Shown: positions 29,590 through 37,773 of the stretch, in pieces
Position numbering within the stretch: the first letter of the stretch is position 1
How the letters are laid out: every line of letters starts with the position of its first letter
From: a virus
DNA length: 64,000 nucleotides
Strand: one strand, 5' to 3'
IMG/VR virus record: IMGVR_UViG_3300020439_000005
Location: 16,698-80,697 of that record
Notes under the pieces: model-generated
Told to the model about the DNA's origin: nothing
The model's database searches: none
Seen by the model: only the letters and a program-made list of their open reading frames with translations
Translations under genes and position numbers: made by a program

Positions 29590-31079
29590 GCTAAGTCCTC
29601 GCCATTCTCAATACCGAGAAGGCGGTAGTCGACTAATTCTTCCATGTCGAAAATAATACCTTCTTCTATCATATCTTGAGCCGCTTCTTCTGTTGACTGT
29701 TCTTCGGGTGCTTCACCGCCTCCGTCTTCAACACGTCCTTTGTTGATAGCCAACTTCGGGCTGAGATAGAATGGGTCGCTTGCATCATCATTGTCTAGTA
29801 ATGGCTCAAGACCTAACACTTCTCTAGCCTCATTGATACTGATTGCTGATTCCTGTCTTAGGTTCGATATAGCCTGTGAGCGTAGGCGGAATGTGTCTGC
29901 TCTCTCACTCTCACGTGAAGGTCGTATTGTGTTGAACTTGACTCTCCAATCTGTGATACCTAGTAGGGGGAGTAGTTTGTTATTGATTGCTGAGGATAAC
30001 CTGTGGTGATAAGATTCGACTACGTCATACCATGCGTCTAACTGTTGCTCGGGGTTAGCCAACTTGCCCGTCTGAACCCATCCTAGTTTCATTGGTGGAA
30101 TACCAAAGACTGCACAAATCTCCTCTCGGTAGTAGTATAGTAGGTCTAACTGTTGACCTTCTTTGGTCGAGTCGATAAGACGGTGCATATTGAATCCCGA
30201 GCCACCGTTGATTGCTACTAGGCCAAATGGTGATTTGCCCGAAGTCAATTGTTGCTCAAGAAGTGAAAGCATGGCTTTCATTTCGCTATTTGATATGTCG
30301 CCTACGTTAAGGATTGTCTTAGGTAGGGTGCCTGTATAGAGTTCGTTTAGGTAGTTGCTCAAGTTCATTTGACCTGCGATTGTATTCAATAACGGGATGA
30401 GTGGGGAAGTTCCGTAGCCACGACCATGTTTGAACTTCGAGATGTGCAGAATCTTATTGCTAGCGAACCTACGCTTCTCCTTTCGTATCTCTTGTATGTA
30501 GGCCATGGCCGGTGGGTCGGGTCGCTGATTGCCCGGTAGTAGTTTGATTGTCTCAGCAGGTACAGGCCATACGCTCACTAGGTCGCCGCCGAATATCCAA
30601 TCTTGACCATTCGCTCTGCTTTTGTCTTCGCTACCATCTAACTCAAGGTATGCGTCTCCGAATAATGCTAGGTCATAGACTAGAGCCTCTAGCCATTCGT
30701 CGCCCATGTCGTCGGGATTAGGTTCTCTAAAGAACTCTTGAAGTCTCCTTAGTTGACCCTCATCTCCTTGCTCGATGCCGGAGGCTAGTCCGAACTCGTA
30801 GCCATTTGCTAGAACGTCATCAACGGTCCTACGTAGGATTGCATTTACCACTTCGGACTTCATCGAAATGTCTCGAATCAAATGATATGATACATTGGTA
30901 TCTGCACCGGAAGAAGCCGCTCTCTTTGCTGAGACTGTTGCTATCCGAGATAGAGATGCGAGGGTTTTACCGTCCCACGGCATGTCTGTCTTAGATGTTG
31001 GAGTTGCTACTGCCTCGGCCTTCACATCACGGCTCCGGCGGAAGAATGGAAATCGCCTACGCTCGTCAGCCATGACCAT
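29586..31079 (-). CDS. Portal protein (HK97 family)
   Basis: FGDAYLE, GYGTSPL, EICAVFGIPPMKLG, SINEAREVLGLEP. Confidence 0.93.
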   Translation of the reverse strand: MVMADERRRFPFFRRSRDVKAEAVATPTSKTDMPWDGKTLASLSRIATVSAKRAASSGADTNVSYHLIRDISMKSEVVNAILRRTVDDVLANGYEFGLASGIEQGDEGQLRRLQEFFREPNPDDMGDEWLEALVYDLALFGDAYLELDGSEDKSRANGQDWIFGGDLVSVWPVPAETIKLLPGNQRPDPPAMAYIQEIRKEKRRFASNKILHISKFKHGRGYGTSPLIPLLNTIAGQMNLSNYLNELYTGTLPKTILNVGDISNSEMKAMLSLLEQQLTSGKSPFGLVAINGGSGFNMHRLIDSTKEGQQLDLLYYYREEICAVFGIPPMKLGWVQTGKLANPEQQLDAWYDVVESYHHRLSSAINNKLLPLLGITDWRVKFNTIRPSRESERADTFRLRSQAISNLRQESAISINEAREVLGLEPLLDNDDASDPFYLSPKLAINKGRVEDGGGEAPEEQSTEEAAQDMIEEGIIFDMEELVDYRLLGIENGEDLA

Positions 31080-31099
31080 TCCTCATGGGTCGTGGGTTT

Positions 31100-31234
31100 T
31101 CACTTTGTCGCTTTAACAGTAATGGCGTCTATCTTACAACAGACGCACCATTCGGGGTGGGGTTCACCCAACGAAGCGCAAGAATCCACAGGTCCATTTA
31201 AGCAATACTTGAAGTGATTACTCTTTGCCGTCAT
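31100..31234 (-). CDS. 44-aa Cys-rich microprotein (not in ORF track)
   Basis: MTAKSNHFKYCLNGPVDSCASLGEPHPEWCVCCK...; overlaps the end of the upstream ORF. Confidence 0.4.
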   Translation of the reverse strand: MTAKSNHFKYCLNGPVDSCASLGEPHPEWCVCCKIDAITVKATK

Positions 31235-31469
31235 CTTTCTCAGATTCCTTTTTCGCCTTTCGCTCGTCGATGAGTTCGTCTATCTCATCCTTAGCGTCTT
31301 CGACTTTGTCGACGGCTTCTTCGACTGCATCAAGAACTTCTCCGAGTTCTAATTTGCCGTCTGCTTTGAGTTGTTGGTACTTACGGGCACCCCATATTCC
31401 AAGGGGTACGAGTACGGCCAAAATACCTAGGACTAGAATCGCATCGTCGGTTGTTAGACCCTCAAGCAT
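31218..31469 (-). CDS. Small membrane protein
   Basis: N-terminal TM helix then acidic coiled coil; GTCAAATACC promoter. Confidence 0.65.
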   Translation of the reverse strand: MLEGLTTDDAILVLGILAVLVPLGIWGARKYQQLKADGKLELGEVLDAVEEAVDKVEDAKDEIDELIDERKAKKESEKDDGKE

Positions 31470-31509
31470 GTTAGTACCGTAGCGGTAGGTGGTATTTGAC
31501 GATGTTCCT

Positions 31510-31803
31510 TATGAGAAATTGAGAAGATACCGACCAATCTCACCCCGAACAGGAGTGGACTTAGGGGCCTCCGCCCCCAACGAGGCACCCGAGGTCATCG
31601 GGCGTGTAGACCCTCGCAGGTCGGGTAAGTGCCACGTGCTTATTCCAAATAGGGACGACCCTTTGTCGAATGGTACTAACTACAACATTAGTCCTTCACA
31701 CTAGGCTCAGAGAGGGATTTTCGTTATTTTGACCCCCGCATTTCAAGAGCAGGGACTCCGGCCTTCATGGTGGTGTGTGTTCAGTACACCACCGCACTTA
31801 CAT
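31510..31803 (-). ncRNA. Putative ~290-nt structured non-coding RNA of unknown family
   Basis: Own CACAAAAC-N7-TCATATAG promoter; ATG followed at once by TAA; multiple nested helices with GCGA and GGAG tetraloops. Confidence 0.65.
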
Positions 31804-31846
31804 TTGAGCGGACAGGGTGTACCTATATGAAGTTATCGTTTTGTGT

Positions 31847-32197
31847 TTATCTCTTTCCACCGAAGTATTCGGTAGCGTGTCCTTCGTCAATCAGAACCTT
31901 GTTGATATTACGACCGCTAGTAGTTTTGAGTTCGCCTAAGCATCTCCCGTACTTTCCTACCCCGTGTGACTTAACGATGATACGTCCGTCCTTACATAGT
32001 TCTTCCAATCTTTCCTTTGCGGCAAGACCACGGATTTTTTCTTCCTTGTCTCTAGTCCGAGATTCGGGAGCGTTGAGTCCGTACAAACGAACTCTCACGT
32101 TGAAGTGTACTTTGAATCCTAAGTCAACCCTTACGTCGACTGTGTCTCCGTCTACGACTCGCAATACGTCTGCGTAGTATTCCCACATGGAAATCAC
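31847..32197 (-). CDS. Thermonuclease (SNase family)
   Basis: RVVDGDTV, RVRLYGLNAPE, GKYGRCLG, INKVLIDEGHA. Confidence 0.9.
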   Translation of the reverse strand: MISMWEYYADVLRVVDGDTVDVRVDLGFKVHFNVRVRLYGLNAPESRTRDKEEKIRGLAAKERLEELCKDGRIIVKSHGVGKYGRCLGELKTTSGRNINKVLIDEGHATEYFGGKR

Positions 32198-32901
32198 TTG
32201 TCGGATTTCTTCTTTGGTGGAGTTGCAGTTGGATTCGCTTTCGCTCCTGTTGCTACTGAGTTAGTTCCGGTCACACCAAACGCTTCCATGTTTAGTTCGT
32301 GAGCCTTAGCCATCTCCTCCATCTTTAGGTCATGCTCTAACTTAATCTTCTCAAGCATTCGGGAGTGTTCCTCGATTGCCTCAGCAGACTTTACATCTGA
32401 GTTTAATTGGTCGGGTAGAATGTTGATTTTAGCAGATTCTTTTCCTTTGAACAGGTCGAGTACAGAAGTTATGATTAGAAGGGCCGGACCACCTAGGAGA
32501 CCAATAACAGTCAACTGACTGTCTGTTATGTCCCTCTCTTGTACAATAGAGAAGTAGGAAGCGAGAGCCGCTATCATAACCCACATGATTACAACCATGA
32601 ATCCGAATATCAACATCAATTTCTCATTCGGGTTGGTCATTTTAACGGATGCCATGCCTTTGAACCGAAAAAGCAGGTTCTTTACGGATTGGGTGCAAAA
32701 GTATATAGTCGTCCATCCCATATAGAAGGCCGCAGTCCCCAAACCGGCGAGGAATAAAACCGTCATCCATGTCCCTACGAATCCTTCCGTTTCAACCACC
32801 TCTGAAATCTGTAATTCAATCGGTAGACCAATTCGTTCAATCCTCCGAGAATGGCAATCCCACTTAGACAAAATAAAGTGGTCATTAGACCCATACCGCA
32901 A
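32194..32901 (-). CDS. Multi-TM membrane protein (holin-like candidate); start likely downstream of annotated
   Basis: Three hydrophobic segments and a charged C-terminus. Confidence 0.5.
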   Translation of the reverse strand: MRYGSNDHFILSKWDCHSRRIERIGLPIELQISEVVETEGFVGTWMTVLFLAGLGTAAFYMGWTTIYFCTQSVKNLLFRFKGMASVKMTNPNEKLMLIFGFMVVIMWVMIAALASYFSIVQERDITDSQLTVIGLLGGPALLIITSVLDLFKGKESAKINILPDQLNSDVKSAEAIEEHSRMLEKIKLEHDLKMEEMAKAHELNMEAFGVTGTNSVATGAKANPTATPPKKKSDK

Positions 32902-32922
32902 GCATCGAAAATATCAGACATA

Positions 32923-33163
32923 CTACATCATCATTGGAAGACCCATTGAAGCAACAATGAGACCCATGATGTAAAGTCCGTATTTCTTAAGGACGTCCTT
33001 AATTTCAGATACAAAGGATTCTACATTTGAAAGCCGTTGGTCAATTGATTGCATCTCTAATTTCATTGTCGACATGTCTTTTTCGACATGGAAAAGGTGG
33101 TTATCTCGGAGCGTCTTCACGTCGTCCACTAACACCTGCAACAAATCGGGGTCCTCACCCATG
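32923..33163 (-). CDS. Coiled-coil protein with C-terminal TM anchor
   Basis: Heptad pattern then YGLYIMGLIVASMG; GTCAATAACC promoter supports start at MGEDP. Confidence 0.55.
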
Positions 33164-33194
33164 GAGACCACGAATGTTCTATGGTTATTGACTA

Positions 33195-34706
33195 TCATGC
33201 TCCGAAGACTCGAACCTCGGGCATGCCTATATCCTCGACTAACTCTGCCGCTAACCTTGCATAGAGCAAGGCGTGGAATGCGTGGTCATCTCCGTCACGT
33301 CCATACTTAGTCAACTTCTGACCCCGAATCGGTCGAGTGTCTTTCTCATCTGTTTCTGCTGACGAGTTCAAACTGCACCACTCATGTAGGACCCACTCTA
33401 GTGAAGTATCTCCGTAGGGAAGTCGTATCTCGTTATTCTTGATTGCCTCAATCGTTTCTTCGACATAGGTCGTTCTGTCGACCACTAACATGTAAATCAG
33501 ATTTCGATTATTGTCTCGTCTCTTGTACTCGAACGGAGTCATGGGCCGAGATGAATAGTAGCACGAACGGACACGCTCGCCGAACTCCTGTTGTAGTTCC
33601 TTGACCTGCCTCGCTCCATATCCTATATCTGCGACCACCTGTGTACAGTTGTAGCGTAGCATTAGGTCTTTGATGACCGCTACCTCATCTGAGTCGTGGT
33701 CGGCCCTAGAATCGAGTTTCAGAGCGTTTAGAATAGTACCATCTTTCTTCATGATAACTACTGTCGTCTCGTTCCCCCAATCAATACCCATCACTGATTC
33801 ATCCGGCGGGGTCAAACCTTTCTCGTTCTTCACCAACGTACCATCTGCGGCTTGTAATGCCACGTCGAATGTAAGGGGCTTCGTAGCACCTGCGAAGAAC
33901 TCACCCAAAACTTCGTTTGCGAATCTTCGTGGAGTGTATGTGTTCCTCTTGTATTCAATTTCCTCATCGTCAATATCGGGGTGCATGGCTTGGCTGATGT
34001 GATAGCCGATTATGTCCGACTCTCCGTGAACCCACTTCTCACCATCCCACTCTCCCTTAGTTGACTTCTCCCATAGTTTCCAAAACTCTGAACCCTGCTC
34101 ACGTGCAGTACCCGATACAACCACCCACTTATACTCGGACTGAGCAAGCATCTCAATCAACATCGGCAAAACATCAGCGTCGGAGTCTTGGTATTCGTCA
34201 ATGCAACATAGGTCCGCTTCGACACCAAGCAACGCATGTGCGTCACCCCAATTGGAATAGGCATAGAAGTGATTGAGATTTCTTGCTCCAATATCGAATG
34301 TTTGGTGACTGACCGAAGTCTTGATTCTCGGCTTCATCAGACACCCATTATTGATTGACGACATTAAGGCTCCATTGAATCTCTCATCAACAAACCTAGT
34401 CACCTGTGGTTGTCTAGGAGCGGTGTAAACTGCGTTGAAGTATGGTATGTTCATAAGGCCGTACATCAATAGATTACAGATAGTCTCAGTCTTCTCGACT
34501 TTACGACTACACTTGAGAACGACCATCTTCGTTTTCTTAGATTTCTGAGTCGCTCCGAAATGTCGGTATATCTCAATCAGATAAGGACGCTCATGCAGTA
34601 GGAATGGACCGCCGTTAATGGTACGGAAGTATTGCGACCACCTGTCGGGATAGAGAGCAATTTCTCTAGCCTGTTCCGGTGTGAGACGGGCGTCACCCTC
34701 GGCCAT
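33195..34706 (-). CDS. Terminase large subunit
   Basis: SRKVEKTE Walker A variant, CCIDEYQD Walker B, VSGT motif III, MGIDWG nuclease motif, DDHAFHAL. Confidence 0.9.
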   Translation of the reverse strand: MAEGDARLTPEQAREIALYPDRWSQYFRTINGGPFLLHERPYLIEIYRHFGATQKSKKTKMVVLKCSRKVEKTETICNLLMYGLMNIPYFNAVYTAPRQPQVTRFVDERFNGALMSSINNGCLMKPRIKTSVSHQTFDIGARNLNHFYAYSNWGDAHALLGVEADLCCIDEYQDSDADVLPMLIEMLAQSEYKWVVVSGTAREQGSEFWKLWEKSTKGEWDGEKWVHGESDIIGYHISQAMHPDIDDEEIEYKRNTYTPRRFANEVLGEFFAGATKPLTFDVALQAADGTLVKNEKGLTPPDESVMGIDWGNETTVVIMKKDGTILNALKLDSRADHDSDEVAVIKDLMLRYNCTQVVADIGYGARQVKELQQEFGERVRSCYYSSRPMTPFEYKRRDNNRNLIYMLVVDRTTYVEETIEAIKNNEIRLPYGDTSLEWVLHEWCSLNSSAETDEKDTRPIRGQKLTKYGRDGDDHAFHALLYARLAAELVEDIGMPEVRVFGA

Positions 34707-34741
34707 GAGGGGGACTACGCCCCGTCATGGTATTTCACGGT

Positions 34742-35509
34742 TCAAGCCCTTTCAATGGTGCTGTATTGGTCAACCCACTCCTCGGCAGTCCTTCGGTCAG
34801 AGACGGTCATGATGATGCCTCCTGTGTCCCTGTCGACGATGTTCCACCTGCCGCCGACCGCTTCATGAATGTCGACTCGTACGTTTTCGTACTGCTCCTC
34901 TTGAACCGCCCGTCCGGTCTTTGTCGACCATGGTAGTCCCCAATTCTTAGCACAGGTTGGACCGTAGCCATGTGCGGTGCTACGCTCGTCCTTCAATGGT
35001 AGGTGGCAGAAGCAACAGCGACCTGTCTTCGCTCCATAGTTAATGGCGGCATTTACAGGGTCGGCGTTTAGGTCGTCGATTAGTTGGGTGTACTGTGCAT
35101 TCGTCGCTTCGTCCAATGAGCGAAGAAGTTGTAGCGAACCTCGGGATGATACTTTACCTACGTAGTCCCCTAGGTTGGCCTTGAGATAGATTGCTCCGGG
35201 ATTGCGTCCTGTTGCAGGTGCTAGAGAGATTTGAAGTTCGGAAAAGTCGTTCATGAAAGTGACCTTTGGCTTCTTGAGATTTTCACCGGCTCGGGTCAAC
35301 AGAGATACTAGAGGCATGTATGGGCCTTCGTCTAGGTTGGACTTATTGGTCGCCCCGTACTGAACGATTCGGTCAAGGATTGCTATTTGCCTGTCCGATA
35401 GGTGTTTGCCATTGGCTAACTGCTTCTCGATTGACTCGACGAAGCCCTTTTCCCACTCGTTCTTAGCGTTCTGCTTTGCGGTCTCTATGGTTGTTGCACT
35501 GTTGTTCAT
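34742..35509 (-). CDS. DUF6011-like Zn-finger protein
   Basis: GRCCFCHLPLKDERSTAHGYGPTCA. Confidence 0.7.
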   Translation of the reverse strand: MNNSATTIETAKQNAKNEWEKGFVESIEKQLANGKHLSDRQIAILDRIVQYGATNKSNLDEGPYMPLVSLLTRAGENLKKPKVTFMNDFSELQISLAPATGRNPGAIYLKANLGDYVGKVSSRGSLQLLRSLDEATNAQYTQLIDDLNADPVNAAINYGAKTGRCCFCHLPLKDERSTAHGYGPTCAKNWGLPWSTKTGRAVQEEQYENVRVDIHEAVGGRWNIVDRDTGGIIMTVSDRRTAEEWVDQYSTIERA

Positions 35510-35542
35510 GTACCGTGGGACAGGCTACGCCTATATAACAAC

Positions 35543-35998
35543 TTAGTTTTGTGAGTCTGTTTCTTGCTTGATTAGTCGTCTGAATACTGCACCCGGAGAT
35601 TCCCCGTAGTCTTCTCTCATTTTTTGGAGATAGTTGAGTTCAGATTCTCCAACGATAACTGATAGCGTCTTACGGACGGGCTTAGGTTCGATAATGTCGG
35701 GGTCTTCGATTGCCTCGTTCATGGAAATTGAATAGCCGAGTTTTACTCTCGGGTTGCCGTGATGATTTACTCCGTTCTTCGATACAACTACGGTCTCGAT
35801 TCCCGAGTTTTCGTCACGTGCTAGTTTCTTCAAGTCGAATGTTAACTGTCGTGCTGTCCTCTGCATGTTGTGAGGCAGGTCGGGGTCTGCGTTGAACCTC
35901 TCTGCTATTTCTGCCGACGTCAGTACGTCGTGACCCTGTCTCTTTGCAGTCAGTAGTGCTTTGCGTATTATTTTCTTCTGTGTCTTTTTCAAACTCAT
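35543..35998 (-). CDS. Putative DNA-binding protein (wHTH plus C-terminal ribbon-helix-helix-like)
   Basis: LTSAEIAERF...TARQLTFDLKK; C-terminal KTLSVIV..SELNYL...SPGAVFRRLI. Confidence 0.5.
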   Translation of the reverse strand: MSLKKTQKKIIRKALLTAKRQGHDVLTSAEIAERFNADPDLPHNMQRTARQLTFDLKKLARDENSGIETVVVSKNGVNHHGNPRVKLGYSISMNEAIEDPDIIEPKPVRKTLSVIVGESELNYLQKMREDYGESPGAVFRRLIKQETDSQN

Positions 35999-37773
35999 GA
36001 TTTAACCTCCTTAATTTGGATTTCTCCTTCGGCACAGTGAGGACACGGGCATACCTCTTGAGACCAACCTCTAGGCATGGTCAAGATAACTCGACCGTTG
36101 CATGTCGTACACCGAGATTCACGGTGGTTGAAGCCTAGGGGAGGGGCACCGCCTAGGTTGACGGTGATAGGTGGCCTAGCGTCCTTCCATGAAGCGACGA
36201 ATGTTGATTTGTGGGTCGGTCGTGGAACCGCCGACCCGTCTGTACCTGCTCGGGCCATTTCACTCCACATAGGAGCGGACGTTTTGGCTTGATAAAGCAC
36301 TCGGAGCGGAGCGTGGTATTTCACTTCGGAAGGAAGCGAGTTCGTAGTCGAGTCCCATAAAGCCAACAACCCGTCTGTTTTGTATTTTCTACCCACTCGG
36401 TCCATGCTACGGGTTGGAATAACTGCGTCTGCTACGGTTAGTTTACTTAGGACGGTGTGTTGTTTTAACTCAACAACCAAACCAACACAAATGCCGTATT
36501 TGAGTCTCGTAGCGAGAGTAAAGTCTTGAGCATTTTTACTACTGATTGGCACCGGCAAACGCCCGCTTCTAATTTCATGCTCTAAGGTGTTCATAGAACC
36601 TTTGTCGTCCGATTGCCACTTCACAATTTTAGGTTGGACTGCTCGCTCCCCATAATGCGGTCCTCTTTTGATTGTCTTCGGCAATTGTTCTATTGGAGAT
36701 TCGATAAGTTCGATTCTCTCGAATGGTAGTTGCTTTCGGAACATTTCTTTGAAATTATGCGTCCCCTTACCTAATGGCATTTCCACGTCAGCCTCCTTCC
36801 ATATTCGATTGAGACTCCTCATTTGGAAGAAGCCCAATTTCCGATGTATGAATAGCACCATTTCCCTACTGACTATTAGTGGGATTATGTCTGCATTACC
36901 GAATACAGTACGACAGTCGTGGTACAACGGAATGTTGTCGTCGTCGTTCACATAGTAGTCTATGGTGGTGAAATATGGAGTGTATAGGTCATTGGATAAT
37001 TTCTCCTTGACTGCGTCAGTAGCGAAGTATGTCGTCATAAGGTCGTAGGGTCTACCCTCGCCTGTGACTAATGGGACGACACTCCAAGGTCTGATTTCAT
37101 GTCTGTTGATTACTCCGCATTTTTCGTGCTTGTATGGTCTGACGGGGTGTTGTGCGAAGTACCCGCTTAGGTACCCATTGGGTGTTCTGTCGGCTCCCGC
37201 TTGATTCGACGCCATGGATTGAAAGAAATTGAAAACGTCGTTTGCCGGTACGAGTTGTCTCATTGTCTTAGCCATGACGTTCCCTAATTTGTCTCCCCAC
37301 CACCTGTGGCCCTTTCTAGCCGACTCATAGAGGCTGTATAGAGCCGTCTGAGCCTTCGCTAGGTCTTCGACCCTCGCTATTGGTTCTTCGTCGCTTGAGA
37401 CGGCTCTAATGGCCCTTCTTGAGTCTGATAGGTTTCCGGTCGGATGGTACCGCCCGATTGGTTCGTTTGATACTTCTTTCATGTACAACCTACCGATTTC
37501 GGCTACGCCCTCTGCAAACTTCTGTTCGTTGGGGTCTAGTTCACTAGAAGATGAGTGAGGATGGCATAATTGATAGAAAGCGGCGGCGGCATTCGCCGAT
37601 GACTCGAATGCGTGAGCGGGCTTGAAGTCGCCGACCTTGAAGTCGCCGAGGATTTGGTCGAAGTATGGCATTTCCATGAGTTCGTGGACCTCTGCCATTT
37701 CGACGAATAAGTTGTTCAACATTGATGCCGCCGTGTTTTCGCCCATTGTGCTTCTCTTTGGTGCCGCCTTCAT
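35995..37773 (-). CDS. Hypothetical protein with C-terminal Zn ribbon
   Basis: 592 aa, CTTC...CPCPHC; coupled to the vWA gene. Confidence 0.6.
   Translation of the reverse strand: MKAAPKRSTMGENTAASMLNNLFVEMAEVHELMEMPYFDQILGDFKVGDFKPAHAFESSANAAAAFYQLCHPHSSSSELDPNEQKFAEGVAEIGRLYMKEVSNEPIGRYHPTGNLSDSRRAIRAVSSDEEPIARVEDLAKAQTALYSLYESARKGHRWWGDKLGNVMAKTMRQLVPANDVFNFFQSMASNQAGADRTPNGYLSGYFAQHPVRPYKHEKCGVINRHEIRPWSVVPLVTGEGRPYDLMTTYFATDAVKEKLSNDLYTPYFTTIDYYVNDDDNIPLYHDCRTVFGNADIIPLIVSREMVLFIHRKLGFFQMRSLNRIWKEADVEMPLGKGTHNFKEMFRKQLPFERIELIESPIEQLPKTIKRGPHYGERAVQPKIVKWQSDDKGSMNTLEHEIRSGRLPVPISSKNAQDFTLATRLKYGICVGLVVELKQHTVLSKLTVADAVIPTRSMDRVGRKYKTDGLLALWDSTTNSLPSEVKYHAPLRVLYQAKTSAPMWSEMARAGTDGSAVPRPTHKSTFVASWKDARPPITVNLGGAPPLGFNHRESRCTTCNGRVILTMPRGWSQEVCPCPHCAEGEIQIKEVKS

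Noticed and set aside
31489-31704. 71-aa plus-strand ORF over the candidate ncRNA
   Set aside because: No promoter or RBS on that strand, opposite to all neighbours, no recognisable motif.
31510-31803. RNase P, SRP, tmRNA or group II intron identity for the ncRNA
   Set aside because: No GAGGAAAGUCC, no SRP helix 8 CAGG/AGCA motif, no tRNA-like ends; GUGCG is near the 5' end but I found no domain V.
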